Below are positions 25,920 through 36,246 of a DNA stretch of 55,567 bases, one piece after another. Positions within the stretch are counted from its first letter, which is position 1, and each line of letters begins with the position of its first letter. A program made the translations under genes and the position numbers. The notes under the pieces were generated by a model. The model was not told where the DNA came from. It made no database searches and saw nothing but the letters and a program-made list of their open reading frames with translations. The DNA is from Acidobacteriota bacterium (GTDB taxonomy: Bacteria; Acidobacteriota; Vicinamibacteria; Vicinamibacterales; UBA2999), in assembly GCA_031392125.1 (NCBI GenBank), contig JANMUX010000521.1, positions 1 through 55,567 on the forward strand. The letters run 5' to 3'.

Positions 25920-27230
25920 GTGAAACAACCCCTGGAAATCGCTCCAGCCGAGGGCAAATTAGGCGTCCTGCTCGTCGGTCTCGGCGCGGTTAGCACCACC
26001 ACGATTGCCGGCGTGATTGCCATCCGCAAAGGCCTCGCCAAACCGATTGGCTCTCTCACGCAGATGGGCACGATCCGTCTCGGCAAGCGTGCCGACGGCC
26101 GCGCCCCCAAGATCAGCGAGTTTGTTCCGCTCGCGGGCCTTGACGACATTGTTTTTGGTGGCTGGGACATCTTCGAAGAAGACTGCTACGCCGCGGCCTG
26201 CACGGCCGGTGTGCTCGATCGGCAGCTGCTCGATTCGATTCGCCCCGAACTCGAGGCCATCAAGCCGATGTCGGCGGTGTTCGATCAGCGCTACGTCAAG
26301 CGGCTGTCGGGCCCCAATGTCAAGAAGGGCAAGAACAAGAAGGACCTCGCCGATCAGCTGATCGCCGACATTCGCGCCTTCAAGGACACGAACAACTGCG
26401 CGCGGCTGGTGATGGTGTGGGCCGGCAGCACCGAAGTGTTCATGAAGGAAGGCCCGGTCCACCAGTCGCTGGCCGCGTTCGAGAAGGGCCTCGAGCTGAG
26501 CGACGACACCATTCCGTCGAGCATGGTCTACGCCTACGCCGCGCTCAAGGAAGGGATTCCGTTCGCCAACGCCGCTCCGAACCTGACGGCTGACATTCCG
26601 GCCATGCTGGAACTGGCGGCGAAGACCAAGGCGCCGATTTGCGGCAACGACATGAAGACCGGTCAGACCTTGATCAAGACGATCATCGCGCCGGGCCTCA
26701 AGGCGCGCCTGATTGGCGTGAAGGGGTGGTACTCCACCAACATTCTCGGCAACCGCGACGGCGAGGTGCTGGACGATCCGGAATCGTTCAAGACCAAGGA
26801 AGAGAGCAAGAAGTCGGCGCTCGACTACATCTTCCAGCCGCACCTGTATCCGGATCTCTACAAGGACATCTCGCACGTTGTCCGCATCAACTACTACCCG
26901 CCGCGCGGCGACAACAAAGAGGGCTGGGACAACATCGACATCGTCGGCTGGCTCGGATACCCGATGCAGCTGAAGATCAACTTCCTGTGCCGCGATTCGA
27001 TTCTCGCAGCGCCGATCGTGCTCGATTCGGCGTTGTTCCTCGACCTGGCGAAGCGCGCCGGCCGCGGCGGCATCCAGGAATGGCTGTCGTTCTATTACAA
27101 GGCGCCGATGCATGCGAAGGATCTCTACCCTGAGCACGACCTTTTCATTCAGTTGATCAAGCTGAAGAACACGCTTCGTTACCTGATGGGTGAAGAAATG
27201 GTCACTCACCTCGTCGAGGACTACGATTAA
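25920..27230 (+). CDS. ino1: Inositol-3-phosphate synthase (myo-inositol-1-phosphate synthase)
   Basis: LGVLLVGLGAVSTT Rossmann N-terminus. Conserved NDMKTGQT and SYYKAP-like blocks. 436 aa. GTG start. Confidence 0.85.
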   Translation: MKQPLEIAPAEGKLGVLLVGLGAVSTTTIAGVIAIRKGLAKPIGSLTQMGTIRLGKRADGRAPKISEFVPLAGLDDIVFGGWDIFEEDCYAAACTAGVLDRQLLDSIRPELEAIKPMSAVFDQRYVKRLSGPNVKKGKNKKDLADQLIADIRAFKDTNNCARLVMVWAGSTEVFMKEGPVHQSLAAFEKGLELSDDTIPSSMVYAYAALKEGIPFANAAPNLTADIPAMLELAAKTKAPICGNDMKTGQTLIKTIIAPGLKARLIGVKGWYSTNILGNRDGEVLDDPESFKTKEESKKSALDYIFQPHLYPDLYKDISHVVRINYYPPRGDNKEGWDNIDIVGWLGYPMQLKINFLCRDSILAAPIVLDSALFLDLAKRAGRGGIQEWLSFYYKAPMHAKDLYPEHDLFIQLIKLKNTLRYLMGEEMVTHLVEDYD

Positions 27231-27741
27231 GACCCAACCGGCGCTGCTCGGCGGCCTGGTGATCGGCGTGCTTTCCGCGCTGCCGGTGATCAACGTTGCC
27301 AACTGCTGTTGCGCCTGGATTCTGTTGGGCGGCGCGCTCGCCGCCTACCTGATGCAACAGAACCACACCGAGCCGATAGCCGTAAGCGACGGCGCGGTAG
27401 TTGGCTTGTTCGCCGGCATTGTCGGCGCGGTTGTCTGGCTCCTCGTTTCCATACCCATCAGCGCGATGATGGCGCCATTCCAGGAACAGATGATGCAGCG
27501 CGCCCTGCGTAATGCCTCGGGCATGTCTCCCGAAGCGCGCGCGTTCCTGGAAAGCATGTCGGGCGGCAGGGCCGGGGGCCTTGGGCTGGTGTTCTCGTTC
27601 TTCGTCATGCTGCTCGTCAGCAGTCTGTTCGGGATGACGGGAGGCCTGTTCGGCGCCTTGATGTTCCGCAAGAACACGCCTCCGCCCCCTCCGCCGGCTG
27701 CACCGACGGACTGGGCCCCGCCGCCTCTGCCCACCGAGTAA
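27190..27741 (+). CDS. Small polytopic membrane protein with a Pro-rich C-terminus, hypothetical
   Basis: About four hydrophobic helices, an NCCC motif and a PPPPPPAAP tail. GTG 27190 overlaps ino1 by 41 nt. Alternative start GTG 27259. Confidence 0.5.
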   Translation: MKKWSLTSSRTTIKTQPALLGGLVIGVLSALPVINVANCCCAWILLGGALAAYLMQQNHTEPIAVSDGAVVGLFAGIVGAVVWLLVSIPISAMMAPFQEQMMQRALRNASGMSPEARAFLESMSGGRAGGLGLVFSFFVMLLVSSLFGMTGGLFGALMFRKNTPPPPPPAAPTDWAPPPLPTE

Positions 27742-27823
27742 GGGCCGCGGCGTCGCAGATTGCACGTCCCTGCACTCGTGCCCTCTGCACCTCGACCCCA
27801 CTGCACCCGATAACGGTGTTGCC

Positions 27824-28705
27824 ATGGACGCCTCCAAGCAGGGCTACGAAGCTTTTTTTGGCTTCGTTGAGCGGCCTTTCAGCCTGACGCCAGACCCGAA
27901 GTATTACTTTCGCAGCCGTTCGCACGGCCGCGCCTTCGACAACCTGTCGGCTGGCATCAGCCGGCGGGAAAGCCTGCTGCTCGTCACCGGCGATCTTGGC
28001 GTTGGCAAGACGACGCTGTGCCGCACGTTTGTGGCGCTGCTCGAATGCAAGACCCGCGCGGCGCTGGTGGGCAATTCGTTGTTGTCGCCTGAAGACTTGC
28101 TGCGGCTGTTGCTGCAGGACCTGGGCGCGATCACGAAAGAGGATGTCCTGCATGGGCGGTTGGTCGGTGCCACGCGTGCCGAGCTACAGCAACTGCTCGA
28201 CGAGTTCCTGGTCAGTCTGCGCTCGCGCCAGGATGGCGCCGTGCTGATCATCGACGAAGCGCACAGCCTGCCGTCGGCGACGGTTGAGCAGATCGTGCAG
28301 CTGGCCGCTTCCGAAACCAATCGCGCGAATGTGCTGCAGATCTTGCTTGCCGGCCAGCCGCCAGTCTCCGGCGGTCCCACGCTGCCACGCGCCCTTGACG
28401 AGCGGCTGTCCACCCGCGTGCGGCTGCTGCCTCTCGAGCGTGACGAGTGCGAACGCTACGTGCACCATCGCCTCAACCTCGCCGGTGGTATCGGCGTCAC
28501 TTTCAGCGCGCGCGCGCTCGACGTCATCTACGGGCTGTCGGGAGGCGTTCCCCGCCTGGTCAACCTGCTGTGCGAACGTGCCCTCCAGGAGGGCGCCGTC
28601 CTCGGTTCGAAACGCATTGAGCCCGGCATGATTGACTCGGCGGCCTCGGCGCTGCAACTGCTGCGCCTGCGGCCAAAGCGGTTCCGGTGGTACGGGACGC
28701 GCTAG
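27824..28705 (+). CDS. ExeA-like AAA ATPase (general secretion protein A / MshM family)
   Basis: FFGFVERPFSLTPDPKYYF N-terminus. Walker A GDLGVGKTT. Walker B VLIIDEAH. Confidence 0.8.
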   Translation: MDASKQGYEAFFGFVERPFSLTPDPKYYFRSRSHGRAFDNLSAGISRRESLLLVTGDLGVGKTTLCRTFVALLECKTRAALVGNSLLSPEDLLRLLLQDLGAITKEDVLHGRLVGATRAELQQLLDEFLVSLRSRQDGAVLIIDEAHSLPSATVEQIVQLAASETNRANVLQILLAGQPPVSGGPTLPRALDERLSTRVRLLPLERDECERYVHHRLNLAGGIGVTFSARALDVIYGLSGGVPRLVNLLCERALQEGAVLGSKRIEPGMIDSAASALQLLRLRPKRFRWYGTR

Positions 28706-28724
28706 GGCTGCGCGGGCACCGTGT

Positions 28725-29585
28725 TCAAGGCCGCAAGCCCAAAGCTGTGCGCCATTCCTTTCGACTCTGCGCAGTGATCTGTTCTATCGCCAGGCTCTCG
28801 CTCACGTAGCGCCAGATTGCGCGCGAGACCCAGATGACCGACCCGGCGTTCAGCGTCTGCCCGGCTTCCCCATAATCCGCAACGAGCGCCGTGCCGACAT
28901 GCTCGATGAAGTAGGCGTCGCCGGGATACGGCTTCGACGGAGGGCCTATGATCGGCGGCGGGGATGGTAACGCCGCGCCGTCGGACGGTAGCACCGGGTT
29001 ATTGGGGCGCCAGTGTTCGCGCGGGATGTCCAGCCATTGCGGCTCGGCGGGGGTGCCCAACGGCTCTGCTCCGTCATTGCCGCCCCCGAGCACGTCGACG
29101 CGCTGCGACGGGCTCGCAATCGCATCGTGCGACACGCCGGTAATGGTGTAAGGCCCGACTTGTCGAGGAAAGCCCACCGGCGGACGGTACTGGCCCTCGC
29201 CATTTGTTTTTCCGACGAAGCCCCACCCTTCGTAGCCTTCCGCCTTCAGTCGCGCCAGAACGAGCTTGGTGAACTCGTGGCAGGTCGCGGCCGTGTTCGT
29301 CTGCAGCAGGCCGGGATGCTCGGCGGCCACTTGCCGGACCAGCGGCAAGTGGTTGACCTGCACAGACGTCAGCGGGGTGGGCCCGGAGGCCTGAGGAGCC
29401 TCGTCCGTGGCCGAATCGCCTGTAAAGGGCAACTGCTCGGTAAGCCTGATGACAGTCATGTCGATCAGGATCCGGCACTGTGCCTGCATGGCGTCATCCC
29501 AGCCATGCTGTTTGGCGAGTGCCGCGAACGGATGCGCCACGATGGTTCGGATCACTTCCTCGTTGCTCGTTTTCTTGTCAGCCAT
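28725..29585 (-). CDS. Hypothetical protein, no family recognised (third gene of the heme operon)
   Basis: ATG 29585 lies 22 nt after the upstream stop, with AAGGGA SD. G/C-rich third positions. No signal peptide or TM helix seen. Confidence 0.6.
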   Translation of the reverse strand: MADKKTSNEEVIRTIVAHPFAALAKQHGWDDAMQAQCRILIDMTVIRLTEQLPFTGDSATDEAPQASGPTPLTSVQVNHLPLVRQVAAEHPGLLQTNTAATCHEFTKLVLARLKAEGYEGWGFVGKTNGEGQYRPPVGFPRQVGPYTITGVSHDAIASPSQRVDVLGGGNDGAEPLGTPAEPQWLDIPREHWRPNNPVLPSDGAALPSPPPIIGPPSKPYPGDAYFIEHVGTALVADYGEAGQTLNAGSVIWVSRAIWRYVSESLAIEQITAQSRKEWRTALGLRP

Positions 29586-29607
29586 CTTCTGGCGTCCCTT
29601 CTGACCT

Positions 29608-31962
29608 TTACAGCGTCTTCAGATACGCGAGCAGTGCCCCAACTGGCGAGCCCAGCAGACGGCGCTCAATCTCTCGTCGATGCTCAACCGGATCAAGACC
29701 GCTCGTATCGGGACACAGTTCGGCGCCGAACGTATGTCCGGTATTCTTCTTTCCTGGGACCGTGGTGTCGTATTCCTTGATCAGCATTGTGTCGTTGGCA
29801 GAATACCGGGCCGTCGGCCGCTCCAGCCACTCGAAGCCCACCAGGGCTTCGTCGTAGTAGACGTTGCCGCGAAGAAATCGTACCGGCCGCGTGGCCGGGC
29901 ACACCACTTGGCCGAGCGTGGGAACCGATCCATTGTGCAGATACGGCGCCTGTGCCCAGATCCCGTGCAGCATGTCGGCCTTGTATCCGGCGGTGCCCTC
30001 GGCCACGCGCCGGGGCGTGTCGCGGAAGTACTCGTCGAGCCGTGCCTGCCAGTCGCCCTGCGGCATGCACCAATCGGCGCCCGGCTGCCCCTGGTGGTTC
30101 AGGCCGTAGATGCGACAGGCTTCGAGCACGAGCGCGGACAAGCCGTAACGCGACACGCTGGTGTTCACCAACGTGCGATTGGGGTCCACCCCCAAGGACG
30201 ACACCGGGTAGATGGTCTGGTTGCGCGGCGCGTGGCAGCTGGCGCACTGCGAGTTGAATAACGCCTTGCCCTCGCGCGCCCTCACCAAGTCGACGCTGCT
30301 GAACGGATAGGGCGGCGGCGGCAGGTGATCGATGAACGGGTTGAGCGGCTCGTGAATGCGCACGTTCACCATGCGCGGGTCGCCGGTCGCCGAGGCGCCC
30401 GACGCCAGCGTGCGCGACGACGCGCCTTGATTGCCATCCCAGTTGGCGTGGTACCGTTCGGTCGCCCAGTTGACGCTCTTGACGTCAATCGGCGCGGGCA
30501 CCGGCGGCGCCCACGCCGCGATGTTCTTGAAGACCCGCTCGCCCGCCGCCACCGCATCGCTCACCGGTCCGGTCATGCCCGGCACGTCGGCCGGCAGGCC
30601 GTTGGCAATGGAAAATCCCGTAAAGAACGGACTGTTGGGATTGTCCTGTTTTACAAACTCCAGGAAGCTGTTGTCCGACCGACGGGTGTGGATTGCAACC
30701 AGCCCCGAGGCAATGCCGAACGCGTCCATCTGGCCGGGCCGATCTTCGAGCACGTCGGGCAGCGGGCCCTTGTAAGCGTTGTTCTTCGCGACGACGTGGT
30801 AAATGAAATGTGTCTTCACGCCCACGGCAATCAGATCCTGCATGACGCTGGGGAACTGGTCGGCCACGGCCAGCGCCTGGATCTTTCCGCGGGCGATCTG
30901 CGAAGGCGACGAACCGTACAGCGTTTCCGGCTGCTGGCGCGCCTTGTCCAGCATCTCCCGGTATAGGGCCCGGACCGCATTGGTGTTTGGCGTGATGCCC
31001 GCGGGGTTCACCGGGGTGGACGCCGCCGGATCGAATCCAGACCGGACCAGCGCGGCGGCGGTCAACATCATCAACTTCGAGAAGTACTGCGCCTCGATCT
31101 CGGTGTTGGGCATGCCGGGGAGGAACTTCATCTTGCCGCCGGTCATGACGCGGCCGACGTGGCAGGCCGCGCACGAGAAGAACACGCGGTCCATCGCGCC
31201 CGGACTGCCGAAGCCCGGCCGATCACGCTCCCAGTTCTCCTCCTTGTCAGCGGTCTTCGCCTTGGCCACAAGGAGGCTGGTGTTCTGGAACACCCGCCGC
31301 GCCAACAACCGGCCGTCATACAGCTTCGTTTCAGCCGCCGACAAGGGCTCGAAGGTGCGCGGGTTCTCGAACGCGAAACCAAACGGCAGCGGCGACTGCC
31401 GTTCGCGCGCCGGCCGCGCGACGCCATCGACGTAGTCGGACGGCTGCGGTCCGACACCGATGTGATCCATGGTCCACGCCGACGCCGTGGATCCCGCACC
31501 CGCCGGCACGCGTGCCTCGCGCTTCCAGATGCGGGCAATCGCGCGCAGGGTGGGATCGGCATGATTCGGATCGAGATCGAGAAGGGTCTTGAAGAGCACG
31601 AACGGCACGCCGTTGAAGCCGACGGGGTTGTCGTTGAACCAGGCCCAAGCCAGGCGGGGCGTCTGGCCACTTCGGAATCCGTAGCTCGCCGCGCGGGTCG
31701 GGTCGGTGTCGTTCAGGTAGTCGGCGATGACGCGCTCGCGCTTGACGACCTCCGCCGGCCAGTCGGTCACGACCTGGCCATCGACCCACGACCGGATCTC
31801 CACGCCGGTGTCATCCTTCAGCGGGCCGACCCTCCCGCCGGCGGGCTGTTGGGCTGAAGATGTGGGCTCAGGGTTCGGAGAGGCGGCGCGAACCTGGTAG
31901 CCGATCACCGCCACACACAGCAGCGCGACAAGACAGAGCTGGCGATTCCACGAAAAGTTCAT
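29608..31962 (-). CDS. Secreted protein with two c-type heme sites and a peroxidase-like C-terminus
   Basis: ATG 31962 lies 8 nt after GAGG. Signal peptide MNFSWNRQLCLVALLCVAVIGYQVRA. CAACH (31159-31173) and CASCH (30232-30246). APYLHNGSVPTL near the C-terminus. The track ORF extends to 32142 but would overlap the upstream gene. Confidence 0.75.
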   Translation of the reverse strand: MNFSWNRQLCLVALLCVAVIGYQVRAASPNPEPTSSAQQPAGGRVGPLKDDTGVEIRSWVDGQVVTDWPAEVVKRERVIADYLNDTDPTRAASYGFRSGQTPRLAWAWFNDNPVGFNGVPFVLFKTLLDLDPNHADPTLRAIARIWKREARVPAGAGSTASAWTMDHIGVGPQPSDYVDGVARPARERQSPLPFGFAFENPRTFEPLSAAETKLYDGRLLARRVFQNTSLLVAKAKTADKEENWERDRPGFGSPGAMDRVFFSCAACHVGRVMTGGKMKFLPGMPNTEIEAQYFSKLMMLTAAALVRSGFDPAASTPVNPAGITPNTNAVRALYREMLDKARQQPETLYGSSPSQIARGKIQALAVADQFPSVMQDLIAVGVKTHFIYHVVAKNNAYKGPLPDVLEDRPGQMDAFGIASGLVAIHTRRSDNSFLEFVKQDNPNSPFFTGFSIANGLPADVPGMTGPVSDAVAAGERVFKNIAAWAPPVPAPIDVKSVNWATERYHANWDGNQGASSRTLASGASATGDPRMVNVRIHEPLNPFIDHLPPPPYPFSSVDLVRAREGKALFNSQCASCHAPRNQTIYPVSSLGVDPNRTLVNTSVSRYGLSALVLEACRIYGLNHQGQPGADWCMPQGDWQARLDEYFRDTPRRVAEGTAGYKADMLHGIWAQAPYLHNGSVPTLGQVVCPATRPVRFLRGNVYYDEALVGFEWLERPTARYSANDTMLIKEYDTTVPGKKNTGHTFGAELCPDTSGLDPVEHRREIERRLLGSPVGALLAYLKTL

Positions 31963-31978
31963 GCAAATAACCTCGATG

Positions 31979-33781
31979 TCAGCCGGGGGACGGCGACGGC
32001 CAGAACCGTTGCGTCGTCCCAGTGTCCGCAAACGTGAGGGAGAAAGTGGTCGTGTAGAGGTTCTGGTCATCCAGTTGGAGACGGCCGAAACGGCGCTCGA
32101 ACGGGAACGAGGGTTCGCCGGCGGCCGGCTCGGGGCGACCAAGGTCCTGCAAGGCCAGCAACGCGATCATCGACTCGACGATGATTACGGGCGACACATG
32201 CTGGCCCAGGCAGGTGTGCCGGCTCCAGCCGTAGTGCAGGTAGTGCTCGCGCGGCCGGTCCAGGATGAAGGCATCGGGTTCGGGCACGTCCCTCATGGCC
32301 GAGCCGTGAGAGGCGAAGACGAGGGTCCCGGCCGCGAGCGGCCGCCCGCCCGCAATCTGCGCACCGTCCCGCGCGCACTTGCGCAACAGCACCTCGCCTT
32401 GCGGCTGCAGCCGAAGCGCTTCCTGAAAATAGCTGTAGAGACCGGCGCGGCTCTCTTTCACCTTGACGCCGCTTAATACGTTGAGGGCAAGCGCCTTGGC
32501 CTCGGCGAAGCTGCCATAGCGGTAGCCGCCGGGCCCCGAGGTGGCAAACTCTCCCTCTTGCAGGCGGATCAACGAATCGATCACGCGGCAGGTGGCTTCC
32601 TCCTGGCCGGCGACCGCGCCGACCATGGTCCCCATCACGTTCTCGGCGATGCGCAAGTCGCTGACCAGCCGCAGATCGAGATCGGCGGGCCGGGTCGCGC
32701 CCGGCGCGGATTGTCCCAACTGGAAGCGGACGAGGCGCGTGAGCAGGGTGTCGTCGACCTCGAGACCCTCGAGCAGGTGCTGGCGCGCGAGTCCGACCTC
32801 GCGCAACAGATAAGCGAGCAGCTCGCGGCATGACCGCAACCCGCGAATCGCCACGGTCGGGTCCTTCTGCACGTTGTTGAAGAAATGCTGGAACGCGGCC
32901 TTGATCCAGAAGTACATCTGCTGCTCGTCGGGGATGATTCCGTCCTTCTTGCCCAACGCCGTCTCTGGCTGGCCGTCGATTGGCGTGCCGTAGTAGGTGA
33001 GCATCTCGGCGGTCAGCTCGAACGATCCCGGGTGGGCCGCGACCGGCACGCCAAGGTAGCGATGGCCCATCGTCACCGGCACGTAGCGCGCGAGGCTCGG
33101 CACGACATCAATGACCGACTGGCCGGCGGCGCGTGCGATGGCGACGGCATGACCGACGCGCCGCATGCAATCCTCGTGAAGCCATCCGGTGATCCGGTCG
33201 GCGTCCTGCCGGCTGCACGCTGCGGCCAGCAAGCGCCGGTCCGGCTCGTAGAGTGAGTTGTCGTCGGTGCTCAGCACGAACGTGCTGAAGCCGCCGTTAT
33301 GGGCCGGCGTCATGACCTTCATCATCTCGACGCCGTATGGCTCGACCGTGAACTCCTGGTCGCGCTCGAGCACGTCGCGCACGGCGGCGTCATCGACGAC
33401 AAGCACGGGCCCGAACGGAGGCTGGAACACGGGGCCCTTGCGCCGGATTTCCTCCAGCATCGGGAAGGGCGTGAACTTGAGGAAGAAGCCGACGGTCGCG
33501 CCCACCGCGCGGCCCTGGCGGAGGGCGTGCAGTTTCAGCGACTGTAGCTCGCGCCCTTCGGCGTCGTCGAGCTGCGAGAGGCGGGCCTTCCCGACCAGCT
33601 CTTGCAGCCGGGCAACGGCGACCGGATTGTCGGCACAAATGCGATCGATGGTCTCGAAGAAGGACCGTAACGCGGTGGCGGCGTCACTCGTGAGAAAGCC
33701 GAGGTTGGGCGCGGCCGGATCGCCCATGGCCCGCGCTCGAGACGGCGTGACTTCGATGTTGTGTTCGACAGAGACCCGCAT
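31979..33781 (-). CDS. Atypical large cytochrome P450 (~600 aa)
   Basis: Cys-ligand loop HYGWSRHTCLGQH (Cys codon 32210-32212). ExxR (EALR). I-helix-like AGQEEAT. ATG 33781 lies 5 nt after GAGGG. The track ORF runs to 34003, which would overlap acs. Confidence 0.75.
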   Translation of the reverse strand: MRVSVEHNIEVTPSRARAMGDPAAPNLGFLTSDAATALRSFFETIDRICADNPVAVARLQELVGKARLSQLDDAEGRELQSLKLHALRQGRAVGATVGFFLKFTPFPMLEEIRRKGPVFQPPFGPVLVVDDAAVRDVLERDQEFTVEPYGVEMMKVMTPAHNGGFSTFVLSTDDNSLYEPDRRLLAAACSRQDADRITGWLHEDCMRRVGHAVAIARAAGQSVIDVVPSLARYVPVTMGHRYLGVPVAAHPGSFELTAEMLTYYGTPIDGQPETALGKKDGIIPDEQQMYFWIKAAFQHFFNNVQKDPTVAIRGLRSCRELLAYLLREVGLARQHLLEGLEVDDTLLTRLVRFQLGQSAPGATRPADLDLRLVSDLRIAENVMGTMVGAVAGQEEATCRVIDSLIRLQEGEFATSGPGGYRYGSFAEAKALALNVLSGVKVKESRAGLYSYFQEALRLQPQGEVLLRKCARDGAQIAGGRPLAAGTLVFASHGSAMRDVPEPDAFILDRPREHYLHYGWSRHTCLGQHVSPVIIVESMIALLALQDLGRPEPAAGEPSFPFERRFGRLQLDDQNLYTTTFSLTFADTGTTQRFWPSPSPG

Positions 33782-33908
33782 AGCCGCCCTCGATGAAGAC
33801 GTGCTTCCGCCGACGAGCGGGAACGCGCTGAGCATAGTCGACGGTGATGCGGTAAGCAATAAAGGTAGTGCCGCGTGACGGAGCCGCCGCGAGGAATATA
33901 CTTCCCCC

Positions 33909-35867
<1,959 letters not shown>

Positions 35868-36246
35868 CGCCGAGGCGGCTCGCGACTGAATGGACTAACA
35901 TCGACACATGTCCACAGCTCGTACGCTCAAGCAGACATTGCGCGAGGTCGCGACCGCCCTGGGCCAGATCTGGGAGGGCTACAAGCAGACCCCCAACAGT
36001 TGTTGAGGGATGGATCCAGTGGCCTGGGAGCAGGACACATGGGCGCGCTACCGCGCCAGTCTAGAAAAGACCGAAGACCGCGTCGAGCGACCACTTAAAC
36101 CCTCTACGCGGCTGGGCTAGCCGGCCGGAGGGGATCCGGACGCTCGCGCCACCCGCCTGACGGCCATGGAATCGCCCGGGCCCCAGCGCCCGTGTGCAGG
36201 TGAACCGCTGGGGGCTCATTCCCGTATCCCTTGATAGACTCAACCC

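Noticed and set aside
25959-27302. 447-aa minus-strand ORF
   Set aside because: It is antisense to inositol-3-phosphate synthase, which is confidently identified.
33855-33873. Sigma54-like GGCAC...TTGC on the minus strand upstream of the P450 operon
   Set aside because: The GG-to-GC spacing is 15 nt instead of the invariant 12. A similar mis-spaced TGGCGC...TTGCA occurs at 15901-15923.
36004-36006. In-frame TGA as a selenocysteine codon (context SC-TGA-G)
   Set aside because: No convincing SECIS-type hairpin immediately downstream, and no sel genes in the window. A remnant gene or two small ORFs are more parsimonious. It is kept only as a low-interest finding.
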